Shown: positions 54,001 through 64,000 of the stretch, in pieces
Layout: the number at the start of each line of letters is the position of its first letter
Numbering within the stretch: the first letter of the stretch is position 1
Source of the DNA: an uncultured Planctomycetota bacterium
GTDB taxonomy: Bacteria > Planctomycetota > Planctomycetia > Isosphaerales > Isosphaeraceae
Reading direction: 5' to 3'
Length of the DNA: 64,000 nt
Assembly (NCBI GenBank): GCA_963737655.1
Contig: CAVTTN010000002.1
Coordinates: 7,539,828 to 7,603,827, forward strand
Program-made: the position numbers and the translations under genes
Notes under the pieces: generated by a model
Told to the model about the DNA's origin: nothing
The model's database searches: none
What the model saw: the letters and a program-made list of their open reading frames with translations, nothing else

Positions 54001-55080
54001 GGCGACATTCAAGACGTTGTCGAGGTCGCGATGGGAGGCCGCCCGCTCACGCAGACGGTCGAGGGCCGCGAACGCTACCCCGTCCGCGTCCGCTATGCCC
54101 GCGACTACCGAGACGACCTCGAAGCCCTCAGGAATATCCTCGTCTCGACCCGCGGGATGGCCGCCGACACCGGGCCAGCCGGCGCGACGGGAGGAGGGAT
54201 GGGCTCGATGACCTCGCCGTCGCCAGAACCGTCGAAAACCGGCCCGGTCCCGCTCTCGGCGGTCGCCGAGGTGCGGGTGGTCGAGGGGCCGTCGATGATC
54301 AAGAGCGAGAATGGCCTGCTTCGCGCCTACGTTCAGTGCCGGGTTCAGAATCGCGACGAGGTCGGCTTCGTCGAGGAGGCGAGGAGGGCCGTGGCCGAGA
54401 AGGTGATGCTGCCCATCGGGATGTACATCGAGTGGTCCGGCACGTTTGAGCATCAGGTTCGGGCGAACAAGACGCTGAGGATCGTCTTCCCGGCCGTGAT
54501 CGCGGTCATTGCGTTGATTCTCTATTTGACTCACAAGAGCTGGACCGACGCCGCCCTGATGATGACGAGCGTACTCGGGGCACTGGCCGGCGGGGCGATT
54601 TTCCAGTGGCTGTTCGGCTTCCACTTCAGCGTGGCCGTGCAAGTCGGCTACATCGCCTGCTTCGGGATGGCGGTCGAGACCGGAGTGGTGATGCTCGTCT
54701 ACCTCCGCGAGGCGATCGACGAGCGAGGCGGGCTCGATGGGATCGGCTCGATTGCCGAGCTGCGTCAAGCGATCCTCGAAGGGGCCATCCACCGGCTCCG
54801 TCCCAAGCTCCTGACCGAAGGGGCCGCGATCGTCTCGATCGCGCCGATGCTCTGGGCCTCCGGAGTGGGCGCGGAGGTAATCCGTCCGATGGCCGCGCCG
54901 GTGCTGGGAGGCCTCCTGATCGCCGATGAAGTGATCGACGTGTTCTTGCCCGTCCTGTACTTCGCCGTCCAGAAACGGCTATGGGCGAAGGCCCATCGCA
55001 CGGATCTGTGGGGACGATTGGCCTCGACGGTCGAGCCCTCTCCGCCGATCACGCCGTCGTCCCTGGAGTCTACCAAGTGA
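51046..55080 (+). CDS. cusA: CusA-type Cu(I)/Ag(I) RND efflux permease with a large periplasmic insertion
   Basis: DAIPDLSENQVIV, PDATAVGQIFWY, FHPLAFTKT; Met-triad equivalents DMPTT, PLDMIET, NRIEMLSTG; HRLRPKLLT. Confidence 0.93.
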   Translation: MIESIIEWSIRNRYLVILASLALGLAGVRAMLTTPVDAIPDLSENQVIVFTDWMGRSPQEIEDQITYPMSVNLQGLAGVKVVRSSSEFNFSMITIIFDDATDYYFARERVLEKLSIASTFLPQGVTPYLAPDATAVGQIFWYTVEGDGKDLGELRSIQDWYVRYQLNSVPGVAEVASVGGAPKEYQIDLDPNKLRAFGVSLGEVDRAVARSNSSVGGRVIHQGNAEFLIRSVGWIENLDDIRDTVIASRKNGTPVRVGDLGTVQIGPGFRRSVLEKDGKEAVGGVVLMRYGENPLEVTRKIKEKITALEVSLNAQGVRIVPFYDRTPLIHKALETVGGTVKEELIVCTIAILLVMGHVGNAFVVAVTLPMAILFSFLMMKLFGMSSNIMSLAGISISVGILIDQAVVMGENAAHHLTRHFGRNRVTGDTTEIVIKACRTVGRPIFFSVLITILSFLPVFALTGREGKMFHPLAFTKTFALVGVALLSITLVPALIPIFLRGRIKSEEENWLVRTMIEIFKPMLSWLMDRTTLVCWLFAIILGLGYVASTRLGREFMPDLNEGSIMDMPTTVPRASLAQAGDDLKVRDGVLRDFPEVWQVVGKAGRAETPTDPSPLDMIETIVNLRDQEVWPRRKLRFEDAVGQTQHVLAALESNGFLRRPAAGEDRAGLVDEAAMTVAETVDRTLRDLAVLRLKEFRPELGRALVGDAVDDLLSRVAPSAVVRKPSADERRAVIDALVTTVGERLAVEVSADDSADLARDASRRLVALGVLRNRADLLSPPPSALERVSEAAGDVLGFARPSLFSRVHDGLVASHARRLGERVRTLQWELFDRAVGTATWTALVELSRLGRERKLVRREPTPEALRALAPSLEAPFAGRLLLWKKTKQDLVEEMETALQMPGWGNSFTQPIANRIEMLSTGVRLPVAAKVFGPDLAEVQRVSQEVAAVLRGVRGSANVFADQITGKPYVEIHIDRKKASRYGINVGDIQDVVEVAMGGRPLTQTVEGRERYPVRVRYARDYRDDLEALRNILVSTRGMAADTGPAGATGGGMGSMTSPSPEPSKTGPVPLSAVAEVRVVEGPSMIKSENGLLRAYVQCRVQNRDEVGFVEEARRAVAEKVMLPIGMYIEWSGTFEHQVRANKTLRIVFPAVIAVIALILYLTHKSWTDAALMMTSVLGALAGGAIFQWLFGFHFSVAVQVGYIACFGMAVETGVVMLVYLREAIDERGGLDGIGSIAELRQAILEGAIHRLRPKLLTEGAAIVSIAPMLWASGVGAEVIRPMAAPVLGGLLIADEVIDVFLPVLYFAVQKRLWAKAHRTDLWGRLASTVEPSPPITPSSLESTK

Positions 55081-55090
55081 AGGGCCGACT

Positions 55091-55925
55091 TCATTGGATT
55101 GGCGCTCTGGAATTGCCTACCATCGCCCAGCCCAACGGGTAGTGCGGGTCCGCGGAGGGCCACCCGCGTCGCCGAGCTTCTTGAGCATCTCCTCGACAGT
55201 CTCCGGGAAGTGGTGCCGGTAGCGGTCGGTGTTCAGCGTGCCGTTCTGCAGCCCTTCTTGAGACGCCCCGTTTTCCGAAACGAGAACGATGAGCGTATTT
55301 TCGCGGATGCCCATTTCTTCGAGCACGGCGAAGATGCGGCCGGAGTGGTGGTCGGCCTGATCGACGAAGCCGGCGAAGAGTTCCTGGAGCCGGCACTAGA
55401 CCGGCTTCTGGCCGGCAGCCGGCGCGTTCCACGGCTGGACGCCGGGGTGGGGCGGTGGCATGACTGCGTCCTGCGCTAGCGACCACTGCTCGAAAGGCCC
55501 GGCCGCCGTGTCGTCGGTGTACGGGGCGAGGTGCCACTTGCCGAGGGCCATCGTGTTGTAGCCGTTCTGCTTCAGGGTCACGGCGATTCTCCCCGTGCGC
55601 GCTCCTCGGAATCGACCCGATGTTGCCCGGGAACCCGGTGGCGGCCTCGGTGATTTCCGCGAGGCCGATGGTGTGGTGATCGCGGCCTGTGAGCAAGGCC
55701 CCGCGAGACGGCGAGCCGAGCGCCTTGGTGTGGAAGTTGTTGTACCTCAGCCCGCTTGCCGCGAGTCGGTCGATGTTCGGTGTCGCAATCGGCCCAATCT
55801 AGCAGCCGAGATGTCCGAACCCGACATCGTCGAGGACGACAACGAGGACATTGGGAGCTCCCCTCAGAGCACTCACAGGCAAAGCGGGCGTGAACTCCTT
55901 GTAACTCGGACCGATCTTCCCCAGT
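55091..55925 (-). pseudogene. Decayed arylsulfatase
   Basis: PNVLVVVLDDVGFGHLGC*, TPNIDRLA, ALGSPSRGALLTGR (catalytic Cys replaced by Gly), GKWHL, SENGASQEG, HYPLGWAM; stops, frameshifts and a large internal deletion. Confidence 0.88.
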
Positions 55926-56155
55926 AGTCCGCACGATCTCGGCACGGTTTGATTGACGTGTTATGCCGAATCCGGTCCTCTTGCCTGGAATCTCGGCCCG
56001 TCTTCATCCAGGGCTCGGAACCCAACCGAGGGACGAAAACCATTGCCCCATTCATTGCACGACACGTGAACTGGTGTCCGTTCCGCGAGGTGCATCTCTA
56101 ATCTCGCCGCGTGCCCCCGTCAAGCTTGTGCCGTCGCAAGATCCAGGGGGGCGCG

Positions 56156-56900
56156 ATGGCCAAGACGCAGCGAGATCCGACGTCGGCTGGCCGAGCTGAT
56201 CCGGGCCCTCGAGGCGACGGAGGTGATGGCGTGATCGCCTCCAACCCCAGCACCGAGGGCATGCGGGCGTGGGTCGCCACGCCGCCGGTCGACATGCCGA
56301 AATGGCGCGACGGCCCGGCCGAGGTGGTGAGGACGTCCCTGGGGCACGACCCGCTCTCGGCCGGCCTGCTCGTCTCCCGCGACCGCTCGGCGCAGCGGGT
56401 GAAGGTCCTCCGGTGCGACCGCGACTGGCTGGCGATCTATTGCAAGAGGCTCGAACGCGGCAAGTCCCGCATCCCCGGCGGCGGCGACGAGGTGATGGCG
56501 ATCGACAGCGGCCAGCTCCCGCGGCCGCTCTCGGGGACGACGGCGGTGGCGACGCGGACTCCTGGAGGGGGGAGATTCGCACGCTTTCCGAGGGATTCGC
56601 CCGGCGCGATTCCGGGTGGCTCGGTACCGAGGGTGGCATGGCCCGTGTCGCCGAGCCGCCTGACGACCCGGCCCCGCTCGAGCGGCTGCTCGCCGAGCGC
56701 AAGGCGCGGATCGAGCGCATCGAGGCGGAGTCCGCCGAGCGGCTCGAAGCCCGGCGTCCGCGGCTGGAGGCCGGGAAGGAGGCCGAGATCGACGCCCTCC
56801 TCCGCCGGTTCTACGTCCCCGAGTCGGAGCGGTTCGATCCGCGGCGGTTGCTCAGGTTCGGCATCCGGGTCGACACGATGCCGCGATGTACTCGCCGCCG
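56156..56900 (+). mobile_element. IS66-family remnant (tnpA stub, degenerate tnpB, 5' end of tnpC)
   Basis: TnpB-like VATPPVDM...GHDPLS...RVKVL...AIYCKRLERG from 56231; TnpC-like PDDP...LLRRFY..SERFDP from 56638; no DDE domain. Confidence 0.8.
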
Positions 56901-57408
56901 TCGATCGTGGCCCGCCCCGCCGCGACCTCGGGGAAGAAATGCTCGGCCGAGCAGAAGGCGATGGTGGCCGCCCAGATCATGGCGTCGTTCCGCTGCAGGC
57001 GCATCCAGGACCGGACGGCGGCCTGTCACACGGACAGGCCGTTAAGTCTCAACGACAAGCGCGGGCGGGTGCGTTCTCTCATGCAGGGCTCCGTCGGGCT
57101 CGGGCATTCCCTTTTCTCGGATCTGATCATCGGCCGTCCGGGCCATCCCTGCCACCCTCCGGCGGGGATGCGGCGAGAATCCCGGTTAGGTCGCCTGCCC
57201 CGAGGGTTCCCATGCCGCCGGATCGAGAGATCGGGTGGGTCATTGCGAGGCCCTCCCCGACGTCGGGTAGCGCACGGCCCGCCGGTCCGTAGTAACATGG
57301 GGTCAGCCCCGAAGGGCCGCCTCGGACGCCCGCGAAGCCGGGCGGAGGCTCCTCCTCCGGCCGGTCGACTCCCGCGACGGCAGTCGGGGCGCCAACGAGG
57401 AGGGTTCC

Positions 57409-60028
57409 GTGACGCGAGAACCGCTGGTCGAGGACATCCAGGACTACGCCCAGAACATCGTGGACACGGTGCGCGAGCCCCTGCTGATCCTCGACGCCAC
57501 TCTCCGCGTCCAGTCAGCCAACCGCGCCTTCTACCAGACGTTCCACGTCACGCCCGCGGAGACGGAGGGCCGCTTGATCTACGAACTGGGCAACGGCCAG
57601 TGGGACATCCCCGACCTCCGGACGCTGCTCGAGGACATCGTCCCCACGAGCCTCGGTGTTCGACGACTTCGAGCTGGAGCACACCTTCCCGGCCATCGGC
57701 CGCCGGGTGATGCTGCTCAACGCCCGCAAGCTCAAGGCGGGCCACCACGGCGAGCTGCTCGTCCTGGCCATGGAGGACGTCACGGCGCGCAAGCGGGCCG
57801 AGGAATCGCTCCTTGAAGCCGGGGCGCTGCAGAGCGCGATCTTCAACAGCGCCAACTTCTCGAGCATCGCCACCGACGAGAAGGGCGTCATCCAGATCTT
57901 CAACGTCGGCGCCGAGCGCATGCTGGGCTACACCGCCGCCGAAGTGATGAACAAGAACACCCCGGCCGACATCTCCGACCCGCAGGAGGTCATCGCGCGC
58001 GCCAAGGCCCTGAGCGCCGAGCTCGGGACAGCGATCACGCCGGGCTTCGAGGCCCTGGTGTTCAAGGCCTCGCGCGGGATCGAGGACATCTACGAGCTGA
58101 CCTACATCCGCAAGGACGGCAGCCGCTTCCCGGCCATCGTGTCGGTCACGGCGCTGCGCGACGCCCAGGGGAAGATCATCGGCTACCTGCTGATCGGCAC
58201 CGACAACACCGCGCGCAAGCAGGTGGAGGCCGAGCGGATGCTGCTGGACCAGCGCGTGCGCGACCAGCAGTTCTACACCCGGTCGCTCATCGAATCGAAC
58301 ATTGACGCCCTGATCGCCACCGACCCGCGCGGCATCATCACCGACGTGAACAAGCAGATGGAGGCGCTCACCGGTTGCACGCGCGACGAGCTGATCGGCG
58401 CGCCGTTCAAGGGCTACTTCACCGACCCCGATCGGGCCGAGGCCGGCATCAAGCTGGTGCTTGGCGAGGGCAAGGTCACCGACTACGAGCTCACCGCGCG
58501 CGCCCGGAACGGCGAGGAGACCGTGGTCTCTTACAACGCGACGACCTTCCACGACCGCGACCGGAAGCTGCAGGGGGTGTTCGCCGCCGCCCGCGACGTC
58601 ACGGAACGCAAGCGATACGAGCAGTCGTTGCAGCAGGCCAACCGCGCCAAGAGCGTCTTCCTGGCCAACATGTCGCACGAGATCCGCACCCCGATGAACG
58701 CCATCCTCGGGTTCTCCCAGCTGATGCTCCGGGACCAGGACCTCACCCCGCGACAATCCCAGTACCTGGGGACCATCAATCGCAGCGGCGAGCACCTCCT
58801 GGCCCTGATCAACGACATCCTGGAGATGTCCAAGATCGAGGCGGGGCGCACCACCCTGAACCCCTCCACGATCGACCTGCCCGTCCTGCTCACGGACCTG
58901 GAGATGATGTTCCGCATCCGCACCGACGAGAAGAAGCTGTCGTTGTCCGTGGAGACGATAGGCGACGTCCCCCGGTTCATCGTAACGGACATCAACAAGT
59001 TGCGGCAGGTGTTCATCAACGTCATCGGCAACGCCGTCAAGTTCACCGAGGAGGGCGGCATCGCCCTGCGCGTGCACGCGGACCGCGACGCCGCGACGGG
59101 GCCTTGCCTCCGGGTCGAGGTCGAGGATTCCGGCCCGGGCATCTCGCCGGACGACCAGGACAAGCTGTTCCGGCATTTCGAGCAGACCAAGTCCGGCCAG
59201 CAGACGGGGACCGGCACCGGGCTGGGCCTGGCCATCAGCCGGGAGTTCGTCCGCCTGATGGGGGGAGACATCACGGTCAGCAGCCAGGTCGGCAGGGGCA
59301 GCATCTTCGCGGTCCACCTGCCACTGACGGAAGGCGAGGCCCAGGCAGTCCAGGCGAGGGACAACCCCCGGCATGTCATGGGGCTGCGGCCCGGCCAGGC
59401 GGCGTGCCGGGTGCTGATCGCCGACGACATCGAGGACAACCGCCAGCTGCTGGCTCAGCTCCTCACCCCGGTCGGCTTCGAGGTCCGGTTGGCGGTCAAC
59501 GGCGCGGAAGCCGTCCGCGAGTTCGAGCGGTGGCGCCCCCACCTGATCCTGATGGATTTCCGCATGCCGGTGATGGACGGCCACGAGGCGATCCGCCGGA
59601 TCCGGGACATGCCCGGCGGCGAGGCCACCAGGATCATCGCCGTGACGGCCAGCGCGATGGACGACAACCGCCAGGAGCTGATGGAGGTCGGCGCCGACGA
59701 TTTCATCGGTAAGCCGTTCCGTGAGTCCGAGTTATTCCAGAAGATGCGCGCGCACGTGGGGGTGGAGTACCAGTACGCCGAGGAGACCGGGAGCCCGGAG
59801 CAGGAGGGCGCCGACGCGCTCACGAGCGAGTCGCTCGCGGGCTGGCCGCGAGACCTGATCGACCCGATGCGCGAGGCCGTCATCACGGCGGATCTGGACC
59901 AGCTGCTCGCAAGGATCCATGAGCAGGAAGCCCGCGACCCCCGAGTAGCTCAGGGGCTCTGCCGCCTGGCCGAGGGCTTCGAGTACCAGAAACTCCTCGA
60001 CCTCTTCGGCACGGAGGCCCCCCTTTGA
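57409..60028 (+). CDS. Hybrid histidine kinase (3 PAS-HisKA-HATPase-REC); extra base near 57650
   Basis: GGAGG RBS and GTG; VREPLLILD PAS; ANMSHEIRTPMN; GTGLGL; LMDFRMP. Confidence 0.9.
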
Positions 60029-61255
60029 ATCCGGAAAAGCCCATGAGCGGCCCCGGCCAGCCCGCCAGCATCCTGGCGGTGGACGACACCGCGGCCAATC
60101 TCCAGGTGCTGGCCGGCATGCTCAAGGACCGCGGGTATCGGGTCCGCCCGGTCCCCGGCGGCAAGCTGCGCGCTGCTGGCGGCGCGGCGCGACCCGCCGG
60201 ACCTGATCCTGCTCGACATCAACATGCCCGAGATGAACGGCTACGAGGTGTGCGAGCACCTCAAGGCCGACCCCCAGCTCCGCGGGATCCCCGTCATCTT
60301 CATCAGTGCCCTGGACGATCAAATGGACAAGGTGAGGGCCTTCGCCACCGGGGGGGTTGATTACATCACCAAGCCATTCCACATGGAGGAATTGCACGCG
60401 CGCGTCGAGACGCACCTCAAGCTCCGCCGCCTGCAGATCGAGCTGGAGGAGAGCAACACTCGACTGGCCAAGGCCAACACCCGGATGTCCCGCGACCTGA
60501 AGGCGGCGGCGAAGATCCAGGAGACGTTCCTCCCCCGCTCGGTGCCGCGTGGCCCGGGCGCCGACTTTGCCTGGGTCTACCGTCCCTGCGAAGAGCTGGC
60601 CGGCGACGGCCTGAACATCATCCCGATCGGCGAAGGCATGGTCGCCCTCTACATCCTGGATGTCAGCGGTCATGGTGTCGCGTCGGCCCTCCTGTCGGTG
60701 ACGCTGGGCCGTCTCCTCTCGCCGCCGACGGAGCCGTCCTCGATCCTGACGCGGGACGGAGGGGCTCGGGGGCGGCTCGACATCACGCCGCCGGCCGAGG
60801 TCGCCGCCGAGCTAAACCGGCTCTTCCCGTTCGACACGGCGACCGAGCAGTTCGCGACGATGGTGTACGGGATCCTGGATCTTACGAACGGGGAGTTCCG
60901 CTACGTCTCCGCCGGGCATCCCGGCCCGGTGCACCTGCCCTCCGGCGCCGATCCGGTGATCCTGGAGAGTGCGGGGTCCCCGATCGGCCTCGCCGATAAC
61001 GCCTACGAGGAGCGGTCGATCCGCCTTGGGGCGGGAGATCGCCTCTACCTCTACTCCGACGGCGTCCCCGAGGCCATGGACCCCGCCGGGAGTCAGTTCG
61101 GCGACTCCAGGCTCCTGGAATCGATCGCCCGTGTGCGGTCCGAGACGCTCCAGGAGGGTATCGCTGCGCTCCTGTCGGGGATCGCGCGATGGCTCGGTTC
61201 CGAGAGACCTCGAGACGATATCTCGATCCTGGCGGTCGAGGTCTCTCCCGTTTGA
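60025..61255 (+). CDS. REC plus PP2C/SpoIIE (RsbU-like) phosphatase; extra base near 60168
   Basis: ILAVDD, LLDINMPEMNG, ELAGD, LDVSGHG, SAGHP, YSDGVPEA, DDISIL. Confidence 0.9.
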
Positions 61256-61502
61256 ATGTCCTGTCCTCCGGACCGATGCGAACCGTCCTGGTACCGCCTA
61301 CGAGGATGCGTTGCCCGCACGGAAAGGGTGCCGAGACAGGGATCATCGGGTGGCTCCTCGTCACAGCCCCGACCCGGTCTCCGCGAGCGACTACCGGAGG
61401 CCGTCGTGCACGACGGACTTGACGAGGTAGGGGGCCGAGTTGGTGCGGTGAGAAAGCGCTCGACGAGTTAGACTGTCACCGATTAAGCGGCGGCACAACT
61501 GT

Positions 61503-61800
61503 TCAGATTGTGTACGGAGGCGGGCGCCTCGGCGGGAAGGCGCCGGTCGCCCTCCACCACTTGTAGATCAGCGCCGCCTCCTTCCGCCAGAGCTCGCGGA
61601 CGACGACCTCCGAGATCCGCGCCGGGCTCGCCGCCGGCGACTGCAACAGCCGCGTGAAGATCTCACGCACCTGCGAAACCGTCGCCGCCGGGGTTTTCCC
61701 CCCTACCCGCAGCCGCTCCAGGACCAGGAACCTGAGCGCCAGGAGCGACAGCGTCACGTGGTGGTGCCCGCCCACCGAGCTCCGCTTCTCGGGAGGGAGG
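61503..61800 (-). mobile_element. IS701-family transposase 3' remnant
   Basis: RSSVGGHHHVTLSLLALRFL resembles the RSWxGWHHHxTL motif, followed by GGKTPAATVSQVREIF. Confidence 0.7.
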
Positions 61801-62075
61801 TGAAGCAGTGTTCGAGATGCGGCGAGCCGAAGTCGTTTGACGAGTCCTCGCCTTACCTTCGCAACGGAGTGACCAAGCAGTTCGGAACCCGCAACGCTTG
61901 TTGCAACCGCATGAAGCCAGAATGGAACCCGGAGCGGACACAAGCGGCCTGGGATCGAAGTCACGAAAAGAAAACGGCGAAGGGCGCCTTACAAGACGCA
62001 TTACGCCGCCGATTGATGGCGATCCGCTCGGTGAACGGCGAGACGACGGTTCAAGCACCACGAGCGGGTGCTTGA
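61800..62075 (+). CDS. Small zinc-ribbon-like ORF, probably a phage/endonuclease fragment
   Basis: GGAGG RBS, GTG start, KQCSRCGEPKSFDE...ACC. Confidence 0.35.
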   Translation: MKQCSRCGEPKSFDESSPYLRNGVTKQFGTRNACCNRMKPEWNPERTQAAWDRSHEKKTAKGALQDALRRRLMAIRSVNGETTVQAPRAGA

Positions 62076-62398
62076 GACTCAGGAACGTCACGATCGCGAG
62101 GACAAGCACGATCACATTCAACGGAACGCGAGAGGGAAGGCGTTCTTAGACCAGAGAACGCGACAAAGGCTGGATCATAGACAGATTGCGTGGATGCATT
62201 CATTCTGAGCTAGCATTGTTGGGTCACCACGTCGATCACATCGTCCCGCTCAGAGGGCACCGTGTCTCCGAGCGACGCGTCCCCTGGAACCTTCAGAGCC
62301 CTGACGGTAACGTCATTCGACGGAAGGATAACGATCGCTTCGCTGTCTGACGACCCCTCCAGCAGCAGCGGACCCTTGCTGAAAATTTGCTGAAAACG

Positions 62399-62428
62399 TT
62401 GCCCGCGCGATCCCAATTCAGGTACAAT
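62399..62428 (+). promoter_or_regulatory. Putative tRNA promoter
   Basis: TTGCCC-N18-TACAAT about 80 bp upstream of the tRNA. Confidence 0.5.
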
Positions 62429-62507
62429 GGCCACGTTGCGTCCGAGAGGGTCGCGAGACGACGGAATTTCGGAGTTTCAGCACCTTTTCAACACGACCGA
62501 TGCCCAA

Positions 62508-62594
62508 GCCGAAGTGGCGGAATTGGCAGACGCGCTAGGTTCAGGTCCTAGTGGGCTAACCATGCCCGTGGAGGTTCAAGTCCTCTCTTCGGCA
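62508..62594 (+). tRNA. tRNA-Leu(CAG)
   Basis: Acceptor GCCGAAG/CTTCGGC-A, D-arm TGGCGGAATTGGCAGACGC, anticodon arm CTAGG-TTCAGGT-CCTAG, long variable arm, T-arm GGTTCAAGTCC; CCA not encoded. Confidence 0.97.
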
Positions 62595-62601
62595 CTGAAG
62601 C

Positions 62602-62640
62602 GAAAGGGGTTACGTCGAGTAGGCGTAACCCCTTTCCTTT
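62602..62640 (+). terminator. Hairpin directly after the tRNA
   Basis: GAAAGGGGTTACG (62602-62614) / CGTAACCCCTTTC (62624-62636), then CTTT. Confidence 0.7.
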
Positions 62641-62715
62641 GCGCATAGCATTCACCGGGGGCAAAACGGGGGCACCGCTGCGGTTGGACGGCACTCGCAT
62701 TGAGGGGCGAGTCGC

Positions 62716-63977
62716 ATGGCCTGGCTCGAGGAAGACCCGAAGTACGGCACGTTCAAGGTCGGCTTCCGCTTCGGCGGCAGGCGCTACAAGCGGCGGCTCG
62801 ACACCCGCGACCGGGCGGAGGCCGACCGGATCGCCGCACGCCTCGAGGAGAATATCAAGCTCGTCGAGCGGGGCCGGCTCGCGTTGCCTGAGGGCGCCGA
62901 CGTGCCGACCTTCTTCCTCTCGGACGGGAAGCTCGCGGCGCCGCCGAAGGCCCCGGAGGTCGTCACCCTGGACGACCTCGTCGCGGGCTACCGGCGGGCC
63001 CACGGCGAGGCCCACGAGGACACGACGCTCGACACCTTCGAGACGCACGCGAAGCACCTGGTCGGCACCTTCGGGGGCGGGTTCGCCGTCGGGGCGCTCC
63101 ACGCCGCCGACCTCCAGGCGCACATCGACCGCCGGGCCAGGGCCAAGGGCCGCCGCGGGCGGAAACTCAGCCCGGCGACCGTGAAGAAGGAGCTCGGCAC
63201 CTTCTCGGGGATCTGGTCGTGGGCGGCCCGGATGGGGCTCGTCTCGGGGCCCTTCCCGAGCAAGGGCCTGGTCTACCCCAAGTCGGCCCAGAAGCCGCCG
63301 TTCCAGACCCGGGAGGAGATCGAGCGGAAGATCGCCCGGGGGGGCTCAAGCCCGACGAGGAGGCCGAGCTCTGGGACGCCCTGTTCCTCACCCTCGCGGA
63401 GGTCGACGAGGTGCTCCGGCACGTCGAGGCGGCGGCCAGGCACCCCTTCATCCACCCGATGTTCGTCTTCGCCGCGCACACCGGGGCCCGCCGCAGCGAG
63501 CTGCTCCGCTCGCGGGTCGAGGACCTCGACTTCGCCGCCCGCGTCGTCACGGTGCGGGAGAAGAAGCGGGTCAAGGGCCGCACGACCTTCCGCCGCGTCC
63601 CCATGTCGCCGCTCTTCGAGAAGGTCATGCGTGCCTGGCTCGACGGGCACCCGGGCGGGGCCTTCACGATCACGAAGGGCGAGAGCACCTCGCAGGGCCG
63701 TCCCGGCCGGGGGGCCGCCGGCCCGCTGACCGTCGACGAGGCGAACGACCACTTCCACAGGGCCCTCGGAGGGAGCCGGTGGACCGTCATCCGCGGCTTC
63801 CACGTCTTCCGCCACTCGTTCGCCAGCAACTGCGCGGCCCGCAGCGTCGACCAGCGGCTCATCAACGCCTGGCTCGGCCACCAGACCGCCGAGATGGTCG
63901 AGCGCTACCGCCACCTCATCCCCTCGCACTCGGCGTCCGCCCTCGAGCAGGTCTTCGGGGGGACCGAGACCCGGTAG
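62716..63977 (+). CDS. Tyrosine recombinase/integrase; frameshift in the G7 run at 63338-63344
   Basis: TGARRSEL, EKKR, FHVFRHSFAS, WLGHQ, RYRH catalytic set; SAM-like LSPATVKKEL. Confidence 0.92.
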
Positions 63978-64000
63978 CGACACCGCACGGCAACCCCCCG

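Larger units (their letters stand above)
62595..64000 (+). mobile_element. Left end of a tRNA-Leu-integrated element (continues beyond the window)
   Basis: tRNA, hairpin, CGGGGGCA direct repeat (62656, 62667), integrase. Confidence 0.65.

Noticed and set aside
40360..54792. Very long antisense ORFs (40360..43707, 51406..54792 and many similar ones across the window)
   Set aside because: They mirror well-supported genes on the opposite strand, as expected from high-GC codon bias, and show no recognisable motifs
57280..57408. Riboswitch upstream of the PAS kinase
   Set aside because: GC-rich hairpins are possible but I could not match any riboswitch consensus

Overview
High-GC bacterial DNA with a Planctomycetota (Isosphaeraceae-like) gene complement: DUF1501, DUF1549/DUF1553, BlaI/BlaR1-like pair, MoxR-vWA cassette. 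The taxon is inferred from gene content only. Five blocks. (1) 0.1-25.4 kb: two convergent operons. The + strand one has five paralogous secreted proteins plus a MoxR/DUF58/BatA-vWA/coiled-coil/GATase-like cassette. The - strand one is blaI, an M56 peptidase fused to about 21 WD40 repeats, DUF1549/1553, DUF1501 and a multi-EF-hand protein. Their promoters are near-identical ~70-bp copies carrying TTGACA and a BlaI/CopY-like TGTAGTC operator half-site, which suggests one undescribed BlaI-controlled envelope system. (2) 25.5-35 kb: a sugar-acid operon whose enzymes line up as an L-hexose -> tagaturonate -> fructuronate -> mannonate -> (LarA-family) gluconate route, interrupted by palindromic repeat elements. 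(3) 35-46 kb: beta-propeller, K+ channel-like protein, double histidine kinase, dual-REC regulator and small membrane proteins. (4) 46-55 kb: a CusCBA-type Cu/Ag efflux locus with a Met-rich secreted protein, a Cys-rich leader ORF and a ~250-aa insertion in CusA. (5) 55-64 kb: a decayed arylsulfatase, IS66 and IS701 remnants around a kinase/PP2C pair, tRNA-Leu(CAG), and a tyrosine integrase that starts an island running off the window. Eight single-base frameshifts in otherwise intact genes look like long-read consensus errors. All family calls are from motif recognition by eye; no searches were run.
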